From assembly GCA_903937035.1 (NCBI GenBank), contig CAIZXS010000023.1, positions 1,188 to 65,187 of the forward strand: a DNA stretch of 64,000 bases, given 5' to 3'. Both the position numbers and the translations under genes were made by a program. The notes beneath the pieces are model-generated. The model was not told where the DNA came from. It did not search any database and saw only the letters and a list, made by a program, of their open reading frames with translations. Below, piece after piece: positions 50,290 to 59,568 of the stretch; position 1 is the stretch's first letter; each line of letters starts with the position of its first letter. This DNA is from an uncultured bacterium (GTDB lineage: Bacteria; Patescibacteriota; Minisyncoccia; Moranbacterales; UBA2206).

Positions 50290-50757
50290 CTAAGCGAAGT
50301 GAGCAAACGCCTTATTAGCATCCGCCATTCTGTGCACATCATCTCTCTTTTTCATTGCTGCGCCAGTTTTGTTGGAAGCCTCAATCAACTCATCAGCCAA
50401 TTTTTCTGCCATTCTCTTGCCTTTTTTTGAAGAAATTGCGGCTTTAAGCCAACGAATCGCCAATGTTGTACGTCTTTCACCCAAAACTGGAACTGGAACT
50501 TGATAGTTGGCACCACCAACACGACGAGATTTCAACTCAACGAGTGGTGCGACATTTTTCAAAGCTTGTTCGAAAATGTTCAGTCCGCCTTTTTTGGTTT
50601 TTTCATGAATAACATCAAATGCTTCATAAACAATCCGTTCAGCTGTAGTTCTCTTGCCATCTTGCAAAATACTATTAATAAATTTACCTACAAGTAAATT
50701 ATCGTATCTTGTGTCAGGCTTAACATGCTTTTTAAATACTCTTTTTCTTCTTGCCAT
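50290..50757 (-). CDS. rpsG: 30S ribosomal protein S7
   Basis: [23 protein letters not shown]. Confidence 0.98.
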   Translation of the reverse strand: MARRKRVFKKHVKPDTRYDNLLVGKFINSILQDGKRTTAERIVYEAFDVIHEKTKKGGLNIFEQALKNVAPLVELKSRRVGGANYQVPVPVLGERRTTLAIRWLKAAISSKKGKRMAEKLADELIEASNKTGAAMKKRDDVHRMADANKAFAHFA

Positions 50758-50765
50758 AATATTTA

Positions 50766-50870
50766 TCCCCTACCACCTTCTCACTCATAATTACAATGTG
50801 GCTGGGTAATGTTCTTATAAATTATTTATATACTAAATTAGAATTCAAAAACTGAAAAAGTGGTGAGGGA
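50766..50870 (-). promoter_or_regulatory. Long-range inverted repeat spanning the rpsL-rpsG spacer
   Basis: TCCCCTACCACCTTCTCA (50766) and TGAAAAAGTGGTGAGGGA (50853-50870). Confidence 0.5.
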
Positions 50871-51290
50871 TTATTTCTTATCTTTCTCCACCTTAGCGCC
50901 ATATTTACTGCGACCTTGTTTGCGATTCGCCACTCCGGCGCTATCCAAAACTCCTCGCACGATATGATAACGCACACCAGGAAGATCTTTTACGCGACCT
51001 CCACGAAGCATTACGATGGAATGCTCCTGCAGGTTATGTCCGATTCCTGGGATATAAGCAGTTACTTCCATTCCATTTGTAAGACGAACTCTAGCAATCT
51101 TACGTAAAGCCGAGTTTGGTTTTTTAGGTGTAGTAGTACTAACCTTCAAACATACTCCGCGCTTAAATGAGCTATTTGTAAGAACTGGCTTATTTTTCAA
51201 AGTATTAAAAACATGCTTAAAGGCAGGTGTTTTTGATTTACTCTTCAATGATGTTCTGGACTTTCGCTTTAATTGATTGATTGTTGGCAT
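50871..51290 (-). CDS. rpsL: 30S ribosomal protein S12
   Basis: [29 protein letters not shown]. Confidence 0.99.
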   Translation of the reverse strand: MPTINQLKRKSRTSLKSKSKTPAFKHVFNTLKNKPVLTNSSFKRGVCLKVSTTTPKKPNSALRKIARVRLTNGMEVTAYIPGIGHNLQEHSIVMLRGGRVKDLPGVRYHIVRGVLDSAGVANRKQGRSKYGAKVEKDKK

Positions 51291-51508
51291 TTTATGAGAT
51301 CTTTACTAATTATGAATCAAGTGAATATACGGATAATCTAAGCCCAGCTAAAAGCTTGATTTGGCGCATTTTCGTCGATTTCACAGTTTGCAAAAAATAA
51401 TTTAACTTAAAATATCTAAACATTATCACACTCGCAACTCCTAGTGAGTATAATAAAAAAACTGCCAGTTGTCTAGCAAAATAAGCATAAACGACAATTG
51501 AATATATG

Positions 51509-52198
51509 TCAAATCGCCACCCGCAAAAAGGCGTTAATTGCCGTGCCCAGAAAAACGCGCAAAGGAGAGGAAAAAAAGAATATAAAAAACAAAAGCATAA
51601 TAAAGCCAAACTGCTCAAGCATCGCCTGAGTTTCAATTTTAATCGGAAAGACGGAAAACAAGATCTTGGATCCGTCAAGCGGTGGGATAGGGATCAAATT
51701 AAAAAAAGCCAAAAAAACGTTAATAATAACCACGATAATCAAGAGTTCATAAAATATCGCCCCGACTGATCCAGCAATAACGCCTGAAACTGTCGACCAT
51801 TCATTAAAGTGATTAATAATATCTTTCTTCAAATGCAATGGCAACGCGATAAATCTCGCTCCTAGCGCGGCCAAAAAGGCTACTGTTAAATTTATCCCGG
51901 GTCCCGCCATAGCAACAAGCGCTGGTCCCCATTTCTGATTTTTCAAATTATAGGGATTATAAGGCACTGGTTTTGCCCAGCCAAAAGCAAAGCCAAAAGA
52001 AAGATACATAAAAAGCGGAGCCAAAAATGAGCCAACCAAATCAAGATGACTAAAGGGATTAGCAGTAAGGCGTCCGGCATATTTAGCAGTATTATCCCCA
52101 AGCCAAAGCGCCATCAGCCCATGAAAAACTTCATGGATGATTACGGAGTAAAGCAAAATGGCAACATAAAAAACGATTAACACCACATCATTAGACAT
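51509..52198 (-). CDS. Site-2 protease (M50 family)
   Basis: HEVFH, GWAKPVP, AGP, FNLIPIPPLDG. Confidence 0.93.
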   Translation of the reverse strand: MSNDVVLIVFYVAILLYSVIIHEVFHGLMALWLGDNTAKYAGRLTANPFSHLDLVGSFLAPLFMYLSFGFAFGWAKPVPYNPYNLKNQKWGPALVAMAGPGINLTVAFLAALGARFIALPLHLKKDIINHFNEWSTVSGVIAGSVGAIFYELLIIVVIINVFLAFFNLIPIPPLDGSKILFSVFPIKIETQAMLEQFGFIMLLFFIFFFSSPLRVFLGTAINAFLRVAI

Positions 52199-52260
52199 AC
52201 ATTTTCTTGCTAAAATTATATTCCTATGCTACCTTATATCTTGTAATAAATCAACCAATT

Positions 52261-52354
52261 CATGAAACATGTAACATGAAACACGCAACAAGAGAATCAC
52301 TTCTCTTCGCTGGATACCGCGTGCTACATGCTATATGCTTCATGCTACATGTCT
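52261..52354 (+). repeat. Heptamer-built imperfect inverted repeat, copy 4 (rpmB leader)
   Basis: CATGAAA CATGTAA CATGAAA CACGCAA ... TGCTACATG CTATATG CTTCATG CTACATG TCT ATG. Confidence 0.8.
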
Positions 52355-52528
52355 ATGAGTCGAGTTTGTGAAGTTTGCGGACGCGGTCCAGGAACAGGGC
52401 ACACCGTCAGCCATTCTAATGTAAAAACCTTGCGAAAATTTCAAATCAATTTGCAAAGCAAGAAAATTGACGGCGCAAAAACTAGAGTTTGCACCCGTTG
52501 TATCAAAACTGCTAACAAAGAAAAGTAA
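52355..52528 (+). CDS. rpmB: 50S ribosomal protein L28
   Basis: [26 protein letters not shown]. Confidence 0.95.
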   Translation: MSRVCEVCGRGPGTGHTVSHSNVKTLRKFQINLQSKKIDGAKTRVCTRCIKTANKEK

Positions 52529-52547
52529 TTTTCTTTTCGTGAAAACT

Positions 52548-52584
52548 AAAAAATCCTCCTTGCGAAAGCTTGGAGGATTTTTTT
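52548..52584. terminator. Bidirectional intrinsic terminator between rpmB and ndk
   Basis: AAAAAATCCTCC...GGAGGATTTTTTT. Confidence 0.75.
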
Positions 52585-52585
52585 G

Positions 52586-52714
52586 TGTCATCCTGAGCGA
52601 AGTCCGTACTCGGACACAGTCGAAGGATCTGCTAGCGGTAATCGTAGTTTTTACTATTTACCACAACACTAGCAATAATTGAAAGCAGATTCTTCGACTC
52701 CGCTCAGAATGACA
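52586..52714. mobile_element. TGTCATCCTGAGCG...CGCTCAGAATGACA palindromic element, intergenic copy
   Basis: Same arms as the hypF copy; contains AGTCGAAGGATCTGCT / AGCAGATTCTTCGACT and a nested hairpin GTCCGTACTCGGAC. Confidence 0.8.
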
Positions 52715-52757
52715 ACTATAATTGTTTTTACTACTGATATCGTCCGTCTTATTTAAT

Positions 52758-53369
52758 CTACTCCAAAATCCCATCCAAATTTACGTCATACAAAATCTGC
52801 TCCTGGATAAGACGGTAATTAATAATCTCTTCTGGCGTAAACCAGAGTGCAATTTCTTTTTCTGCCTCCTCCGATGATTCACTACAATGGATTAAGTTGC
52901 GCACAGCTCTTCCGTCTACGCTCGTAATTTCATATGAATCTATCGTTAAATCTCCACGAATTGTTCCCACATCCGAAGTTGTTGGTTCAGTTGTACCGAC
53001 TATTTTTGTCACAACACCAGCCGCCTTGTTGCCCTCCCAGATCATGGCGACAACTGGACCAGACGTCATATATTTAACTAAAACTTCAATAATTTCCTTG
53101 CCGTAATCAATTGCGCTTTTGTCTACAGTCAAACCATTAGCTTTCCGCTCTTCAATGCTACGACTGCCTTTTTTTTCATACCACGCATCATCTTTATTAT
53201 AGTGCTTCCAACATCTCTCTGCGTCTAAAACTGTCAATTTCAAACTAACTAGTTTTAGCCCTGTACGCTCAAAGCGTTTAACCACCTCTCCGATTAAACT
53301 ACGCTGCACTCCATCAGGTTTAATGAAAACCATTGTTCTTTCTTTTTTTGGATGTCTCTTTTGCTCCAT
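52758..53369 (-). CDS. ndk: Nucleoside diphosphate kinase
   Basis: ERTMVFIKPDGVQR, SGPVV, GTIRGD, RNLIHCS. Confidence 0.95.
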   Translation of the reverse strand: MEQKRHPKKERTMVFIKPDGVQRSLIGEVVKRFERTGLKLVSLKLTVLDAERCWKHYNKDDAWYEKKGSRSIEERKANGLTVDKSAIDYGKEIIEVLVKYMTSGPVVAMIWEGNKAAGVVTKIVGTTEPTTSDVGTIRGDLTIDSYEITSVDGRAVRNLIHCSESSEEAEKEIALWFTPEEIINYRLIQEQILYDVNLDGILE

Positions 53370-53399
53370 ACTATTTTTAATAAAATAAATAATTATTGC

Positions 53400-54437
53400 T
53401 TATTCCTTACTTGCCTCCACCTCCAACTCCGCCACTTTCTTAAATATTCCCTTCGCAATTTCTGCTTGAATTTTTTTGTCACTTTTCAAAAACGCCTTGG
53501 CTGGCTCGCGACCAACTCCCAATTTAACTTCTCCGTAAGTATAGGAATTGCCTTTTTTGGTCACCACCTCATATTTCACACCAGTGTCTAAAACATCTCC
53601 TGCAGCCGAAATTCCTTCGTTATACATGATATCAAACTCGGCCGTCCTGAAAGGTGGCGCTACTTTATTTTTCACAATTTTCACTTTTGTCCGATTGCCC
53701 ACGATATCTTCGCCTTTTTTGATTTGCGCGCTACGTCTCACTTCCACGCGCACTGAAGCATAAAACTTCAAAGCGTTTCCTCCTGTCGTTGTTTCTGGAT
53801 TACCAAAAACCACACCAATTTTCATTCTAATTTGATTGATAAAAATCACGGTACAATTGGATCGAGAAATGATCGCCGTCAGTTTACGCAATGCTTGTGA
53901 CATCAAACGTGCTTGACGTCCCATGTGACTATCGCCCATGTCTCCTTCGATTTCTGCCTTTGGCACGAGTGCCGCCACACTGTCCACTACAACCACGTCA
54001 ATTGCTCCAGAATTGACCAGCGCATCCACGACATCAAGCGCTTGCTCGCCATTATCTGGTTGAGAAATCAAAAGATCATTTATATTCACTCCGATTCTTT
54101 TGGCATATTCAGGATCAAGTGCATGCTCCGCATCGATAAACGCAGCTACTCCACCAGCACGCTGCGTATTGGCGATAATATGCAAAGTTAAGGTTGTTTT
54201 CCCTGAAGACTCTGGCCCATATACTTCCACCACGCGCCCTCTCGGGATTCCTCCAATGCCCAAGGCTAAGTCTAGCGAAATTGAACCAGTCGGGATTGAA
54301 GCCACATCAACATGCTTAACATCTCCCAGTTTCATGATCACACCTTCTCCAAATTTTTCTCTAATTTCAGACACAACATTATCCACGCCCTTTTCTTGCT
54401 CTTTGTTTTTCCCCTCCTTTTTTTCTTCGTCTTTCAT
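53400..54437 (-). CDS. recA: Recombinase RecA
   Basis: [30 protein letters not shown]. Confidence 0.99.
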   Translation of the reverse strand: MKDEEKKEGKNKEQEKGVDNVVSEIREKFGEGVIMKLGDVKHVDVASIPTGSISLDLALGIGGIPRGRVVEVYGPESSGKTTLTLHIIANTQRAGGVAAFIDAEHALDPEYAKRIGVNINDLLISQPDNGEQALDVVDALVNSGAIDVVVVDSVAALVPKAEIEGDMGDSHMGRQARLMSQALRKLTAIISRSNCTVIFINQIRMKIGVVFGNPETTTGGNALKFYASVRVEVRRSAQIKKGEDIVGNRTKVKIVKNKVAPPFRTAEFDIMYNEGISAAGDVLDTGVKYEVVTKKGNSYTYGEVKLGVGREPAKAFLKSDKKIQAEIAKGIFKKVAELEVEASKE

Positions 54438-54542
54438 AATAGTTTTGTTAGTTTATTATTATTTTCTCAAACTATCTACTAAGTAAATTTTGTTTATTTC
54501 CCCTCCCCCTCTCAGAAGAAAAGAAAGCTAACCTTAGTAATT

Positions 54543-55565
54543 TTACTGCTTTTTATCTCCTTTTGCAAAAACAACTCCCTTTATTGCTCCGATTTCCTTC
54601 CCTAGCGTCCCTTTTTCTTCACCATTAAGCTTGATGTAAGTTGCATTTGCCTGTCCGGAACTAATAGTAATTTTATCATGAGCACTAAATTTTTGCACAG
54701 CGCCAGCAAGGACCGTCCCACTAAAAATCAAATTGCCATCCGCTTCAGCACTAATCCAAACTGGTCCTGGATCAACTCTAAGCTCAATTTGAACCGCCAT
54801 ATCATCCGCTTGCAAAACATCTTGGCCGGATGAGTCATTAGCTATTCCCTCTTCTTTTTGCGAATCAGCACTTTCATCAACATATTTCGATTGTACTGTA
54901 ATATTTTCTGCCGCCTCCTTTTGAAATTTATTCACCGCCCTCACATGTATAACATTTATCCCTGATTGCACAGAAATATCTTCTCGAAATTTACCATCGT
55001 CGTCAACTAAAACAAGCTGATCATTGATAAAAACTCGCGCGTCTTTATCGGTTTTCCCTTCAAGTAAGACAGTTTTACTATCTACCTGAGAATTTGAACC
55101 AGGATTAAGAATAATCAAGCGTGGAGTATCAGTGAGTGACCCAGCTTCTCTGTAGAGATAGAAAAATACGCCCAGCACAAGGATACCAACAAAAAATAGT
55201 ACTATCTTTTTTGGTGTAAAAACAAAGGTAGAAATATTGAGCGGCTTTATCTTGGATTTTTTCTGATCAGGATTCTTGCTTTTTTCAAGATTTTTTTTTA
55301 TACCCTTTTCTTTTTCGAAAAGCTTCACAAGGCTTCTCTCGTCAACACCCAAAAAATCACCATAACTCTTCAAAAATCCGCGCACATAAACGTCCGCAGG
55401 AAGTTCATCATACCTACCCTCTTCTAGGTGCTGCAAATATTCCACCCGGATTTTTGTAACACGCGACACCTCATTGAGAGCAATCCGCTTGTCGCTGCGC
55501 AGCTTACGCAGCTTCTCGCCAAGCGTCAGAGTGCCAACTTTTCTTTTTGTGAAGCCATTAGTCAT
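54543..55565 (-). CDS. RodZ-like HTH-TM protein with Ig-like and DUF4115-like C-terminal domains
   Basis: LGEKLRKLR, LEEG.Y..LP..VYVRGFLKSY, single TM; next to ftsK. Confidence 0.8.
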   Translation of the reverse strand: MTNGFTKRKVGTLTLGEKLRKLRSDKRIALNEVSRVTKIRVEYLQHLEEGRYDELPADVYVRGFLKSYGDFLGVDERSLVKLFEKEKGIKKNLEKSKNPDQKKSKIKPLNISTFVFTPKKIVLFFVGILVLGVFFYLYREAGSLTDTPRLIILNPGSNSQVDSKTVLLEGKTDKDARVFINDQLVLVDDDGKFREDISVQSGINVIHVRAVNKFQKEAAENITVQSKYVDESADSQKEEGIANDSSGQDVLQADDMAVQIELRVDPGPVWISAEADGNLIFSGTVLAGAVQKFSAHDKITISSGQANATYIKLNGEEKGTLGKEIGAIKGVVFAKGDKKQ

Positions 55566-55671
55566 AACTTAATAAAATAAAAAACATAGATTAACTCAAA
55601 ACCTTTGTTTTATGTTTTTATCTTTATTTTTTCTGCCGACAGGCAGATATTTTTGTTTTTTTTATTTTGCC

Positions 55672-58089
55672 CTACATCTCCCATTTGTCCCGCTTTTCTT
55701 GATCACTCACATCATCATTATAGACCGTTCCAACTTCTTCGGGAAGCCCATAGATTTCTCTTGGCTTAGCACCATCAGACGGACCAACGACACCCTTCTC
55801 TTCTAGGATATCCAATAGTCTCGCTGCCCGCGCATAACCCACACGCAGGCGTCTCTGCAAGAATGATGCGGAAGCCTTCTTGGACTGCAAGATTTCTTTT
55901 TTTGCAGCTTCATATAAATCATCATTGTTCTCATCACTGAAACCGTTAAAATTATCCAGCTCAGTTGCTGTGGATATGGATTTTCCCGCCGTGATTTCTT
56001 CCGCATCATCTTCGGTTATATCCTTGCTTTCGTTTTCTTCTTTAATAAAATTCACAATCTCTTTTACCTCTTTTTCCGTCACAAAGACACCTTGAATTCT
56101 TTGTGGTTTGGGAGAATTTGCACTCAGATAAAGAGAGTCGCCATTGCCCAGTAGTTTTTCTGCTCCAGCCATATCCAAAATGGTACGCGAATCAATTTGC
56201 GTTGCCACTTGAAAAGAAATTCTGGTTGTAATATTGGCTTTAATAAGTCCGGTAATCACTTCCACTGAGGGACGCTGAGTTGAAACAATCAAATGAATTC
56301 CCACCGCACGCGCCATCTGAGCAATTCGCACAATCGCACCCTCCACTTCTTTACCATGGCTACCCATCAGATCAGCAAGTTCATCCACGACAATCACGAT
56401 GTAAGGAATGTTGCTATAATCCTCCTCGCTCACCTCGCCAGTTTCTGCGTCAACCAATTTTCTTTTCTCACCTCTTTTGAGTTTCTCCTTGAATGAAATA
56501 ATATCTCGCACGCCCGCTTCTTGAAATAGCTTGTACCGCTTCTCCATTTCACTGACCGCCCATTTCAAAGTATTAACAACCTTAGCATTCTCCACGATTA
56601 CTGGCGTAAGCAGATGTGCGATACCATTGTAGAGTGACAGTTCGACTCTTTTCGGATCAACCATGATAAATTTCAGATCTTCGGGGGAGTTTTGATATAA
56701 AAGCATTGTGATAATCGAATTGACACAAACCGATTTCCCCGTTCCCGTTGCACCAGCAACCATAAGGTGTGGCATCTTATCCAAGCTACCAAAAATATAA
56801 TTGCCACTCACATCTTCACCCAGCGCAATGCTCAGATTAGACTTTCTATTTTTGAAGTCCTTGCTTTCCAAAATTGAACGCAAGCGCACAAAAGAAGAAC
56901 TCTTATTTGGAACCTCAATACCTATGAGAGATTTTCCTGGAATTGGCGCCTCAATTCGAATTGGAGCAGCCAGGGCCAAAGAAAGATCGTTTTGCAGAGC
57001 CAATATTTTAGCAATCTTAACTCCGACTGCTGGACGAAAACTATATTGCGTCACAGAGGGACCAGTTTTAATTTCGCCTCTTTCAACTTCAATTCCAAAA
57101 TTACGCAAAGCATCCTCGATCAGTTGTGCATTCAAATCCACATCGCCTCCCTTTGCTACGCCAGTCGCTTTTTCCAAAATATCCACTGGTGGAAATTTCC
57201 ATTTCAACGCTCTCGCCTTTTTCTTTGTCGAATGGCTAGAATTTTCATCTGACAAGGTTTTTTTAGAAAAAAGCAAATCTCCTTCCTCTTCATCATCAGA
57301 TAGCTCGGATGAGATAAATTGATCTCGCCCTTCGACAAATTTTATCTTCGCGATATTCTCTTTTGCCAACATTTCAATTTCCTTCTGCTCATCACGCACC
57401 AGCTCTAGCTCACTCTGTCCAATTCCTTCCGTGTCGTTCTGCATTTCTTCTACGTCATTCTGTGTTTCAAATTCTGTGTTGTTCTGCATTTCTTCTACAC
57501 CTTCTTCTGTGCTCTTTCTCTTGAAGCGCTCAATAAAACTAACGATAGAAAATTCAAAAGCCGTAATCACACCCAACAAAAGAAGTGCCATAATAACCAC
57601 TAAACTGCCAGCATTGCCCAAATATTTTATAGAAAAATAGGCCACAGCATAACCAGCATAGCCACCACCCCTCCCGGCCTCAGCGACTGCCTGCATCTTA
57701 GAAGGATCAAAAAACCAGTGAAAGAGTCCGGTTATACTAACAAAAACAACAAAAAGACCAGCTAATTTTGTAACATAAAAAATTGTTTCCTTTCTAAAAA
57801 AGAGCACGACACCTGCCAAAACCAAAAAGAGCGGAAAAATTAACTTCGCCCAACCGATCGCTTGTCCAATCAATCTATTTAAAAATTCACCGACTACACC
57901 AGCATACCCAAGGAAACCCAGGGCCGTCAAAACAGCCAAAGTAAACAATATTACTCCAGCCACATTTCTTCTGACGTCCGAGGAAAGAGAAAAGTCGAAT
58001 TTGCTTTTTGGCTCATCGCCAGTCTCATTTTCTTTTATTTTTTTCCCATTTGAACTATTTTCTTTTTGCCCGTTTTTTCTTCGTCCCAT
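55672..58089 (-). CDS. ftsK: DNA translocase FtsK/SpoIIIE
   Basis: 4TM N-terminus; PHLMVAGATGTGKS, DPKRVEL, DELADLM, TQRPSV, LQRRLRVGYARAAR. Confidence 0.98.
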   Translation of the reverse strand: MGRRKNGQKENSSNGKKIKENETGDEPKSKFDFSLSSDVRRNVAGVILFTLAVLTALGFLGYAGVVGEFLNRLIGQAIGWAKLIFPLFLVLAGVVLFFRKETIFYVTKLAGLFVVFVSITGLFHWFFDPSKMQAVAEAGRGGGYAGYAVAYFSIKYLGNAGSLVVIMALLLLGVITAFEFSIVSFIERFKRKSTEEGVEEMQNNTEFETQNDVEEMQNDTEGIGQSELELVRDEQKEIEMLAKENIAKIKFVEGRDQFISSELSDDEEEGDLLFSKKTLSDENSSHSTKKKARALKWKFPPVDILEKATGVAKGGDVDLNAQLIEDALRNFGIEVERGEIKTGPSVTQYSFRPAVGVKIAKILALQNDLSLALAAPIRIEAPIPGKSLIGIEVPNKSSSFVRLRSILESKDFKNRKSNLSIALGEDVSGNYIFGSLDKMPHLMVAGATGTGKSVCVNSIITMLLYQNSPEDLKFIMVDPKRVELSLYNGIAHLLTPVIVENAKVVNTLKWAVSEMEKRYKLFQEAGVRDIISFKEKLKRGEKRKLVDAETGEVSEEDYSNIPYIVIVVDELADLMGSHGKEVEGAIVRIAQMARAVGIHLIVSTQRPSVEVITGLIKANITTRISFQVATQIDSRTILDMAGAEKLLGNGDSLYLSANSPKPQRIQGVFVTEKEVKEIVNFIKEENESKDITEDDAEEITAGKSISTATELDNFNGFSDENNDDLYEAAKKEILQSKKASASFLQRRLRVGYARAARLLDILEEKGVVGPSDGAKPREIYGLPEEVGTVYNDDVSDQEKRDKWEM

Positions 58090-58117
58090 AAAACTAGTTT
58101 AACACAGATTTGAAAAA

Positions 58118-58150
58118 TATAAAAAGCCTCTTTTGAAAAGGCTTTTTATA
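58118..58150 (-). terminator. Intrinsic terminator after the small ORF
   Basis: TATAAAAAGCCT...AGGCTTTTTATA. Confidence 0.7.
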
Positions 58151-58167
58151 ATAACTTTCTCTACTTT

Positions 58168-58317
58168 TTAAAAAAATCCAGTATTACTTAGGAAAGTAAT
58201 TGTTAGCGCTGGCATCAAAGCCAGGAGGATTGCGAAATTCATCGTTTCCGACTCCTGATGCTCAGCCAATCTGGCTTCGCAATCTGGACATTCGCATTTT
58301 TTTTCGAGCTGTTCCAT
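58168..58317 (-). CDS. Unannotated 49-aa protein with a CxCxxC motif and a C-terminal hydrophobic helix
   Basis: MEQLEKKCECPDCEARLAEHQESETMNFAILLALMPALTITFLSNTGFF*; below the ORF-track size cutoff; has its own promoter and terminator. Confidence 0.7.
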   Translation of the reverse strand: MEQLEKKCECPDCEARLAEHQESETMNFAILLALMPALTITFLSNTGFF

Positions 58318-58421
58318 ATTTTTGTTTTTGTCCAAGCTCGAGAATTAAACTCCCGATCACTTGGATTTTTTAATATAAATAAAAAGAAAGCGGGCTCACC
58401 CGCTCTCTTTATTACCTTTAT

Positions 58422-58450
58422 AGTATACACCATCTAAATGAAAAAGTCAA
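58422..58450 (-). promoter_or_regulatory. Sigma70-type promoter of the small ORF
   Basis: TTGACT-17 nt-TATACT. Confidence 0.7.
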
Positions 58451-58464
58451 GCATCCGTCGACGA

Positions 58465-58866
58465 CTAGCAACCCACTCCCAGCAAATCTTTTGCTTCCCT
58501 CGATAAATCACTCGGCGTAATACGTGTTTTAACAAAAAAGGCCTGTATGCCCATTTGCTCCACACGCTTTTGCGTTTCTTCATCAACTGACGCAGAGAGA
58601 ACGATAATCGGAATATTCCTAGTTTTTTCCTCCATTCTCAGTTTCGCCACCACTTCTTCTCCATTCATAGCTGGCATCACCATATCAATGATGAGCAAAT
58701 CAAAATCTTCGTGCATCGCCTCCTTAATTCCCCAGGCACCATTTCTTGCAGCAGAAACAGAAAAACCATCCTGCTTTAATTTTCCCCCAAACATTTCAAT
58801 GAAAACCTCCTGGTCTTCAATAATCAGAATTTTTTTACTTTCAGTTTTCTTTGTTTTATTTTCCAT
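58465..58866 (-). CDS. Stand-alone response regulator receiver (CheY-like)
   Basis: KILIIEDQ, DLLIIDMVMP, IPIIVLSA, FVK; alternative start at 58911. Confidence 0.92.
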   Translation of the reverse strand: MENKTKKTESKKILIIEDQEVFIEMFGGKLKQDGFSVSAARNGAWGIKEAMHEDFDLLIIDMVMPAMNGEEVVAKLRMEEKTRNIPIIVLSASVDEETQKRVEQMGIQAFFVKTRITPSDLSREAKDLLGVGC

Positions 58867-59037
58867 AGTGCTTTCAATCAAGAAACTTACTATGCTACCC
58901 CCATCCTCCATTCCTTATAATAAAAATATAGCAAGCATCGAAGTTTAACGCAAGCAGCTATTTACATAGAGAAAATTGCTTTTATCTCGCAGCTAAACTA
59001 AAATTAATTCAGTCAATAAAACTCTAAGTCATAAAAA

Positions 59038-59568
59038 ATGGAGCAACTAATTCTAGTCAACAAGCAAGATGAGCCAATTGGTTTCCAAGAAAAGCTGAAA
59101 GCACATCAATTGGGCCAACTACACAGAGCCTTTTCCATTTTTGTTTTCAACCAGAAAGGTCAATTATTGCTGCAAAAAAGAGCACGAAGCAAATATCATT
59201 GCGGAGGCCTATGGAGCAACACTTGCTGCGGACACCCAAGACCCAATGAAGAGTTGGAAAAAGCAGCTCATCGCAGACTCAAAGAAGAGTTAGTCTTTGA
59301 TTGTTCTCTCTGGAAAGCTTTCGAATTTATCTATAAAATCAAATTTGAAAATGAGCTTTGGGAAAATGAATATGTCCATGTCATCTTTGGCCAATACACA
59401 AAGTCACCAATACTCAATCCAGAAGAAGTTTCTGACTGGAAATGGATCGATCTATCAACTCTCAAAAGGGAAATTCGAGCCAACCCCAAAAAATTCACCT
59501 ACTGGCTAGAAAAGGAGTTATCCAATCCTGAATTCATGTCCCGCTTTAAGAAGATAAAATCGCACTAG
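59038..59568 (+). CDS. idi: Isopentenyl-diphosphate delta-isomerase type 1
   Basis: AH, LHRAFS, WSNTCCGHP, RRLKEEL, ENEYVHV, NPEEV, FTYW. Confidence 0.95.
   Translation: MEQLILVNKQDEPIGFQEKLKAHQLGQLHRAFSIFVFNQKGQLLLQKRARSKYHCGGLWSNTCCGHPRPNEELEKAAHRRLKEELVFDCSLWKAFEFIYKIKFENELWENEYVHVIFGQYTKSPILNPEEVSDWKWIDLSTLKREIRANPKKFTYWLEKELSNPEFMSRFKKIKSH

Noticed and set aside
51310-51769. ORFs 51310-51678 and 51506-51769
   Set aside because: They overlap the site-2 protease and the rpsL leader and have no motifs.
57431-57500. Duplicated VEEMQN(N/D)TE segment in FtsK
   Set aside because: A small tandem duplication in a variable linker; ordinary.
58239-58433. 64-aa ORF in the track
   Set aside because: It starts inside the promoter; the 49-aa ORF in another frame fits the signals better.
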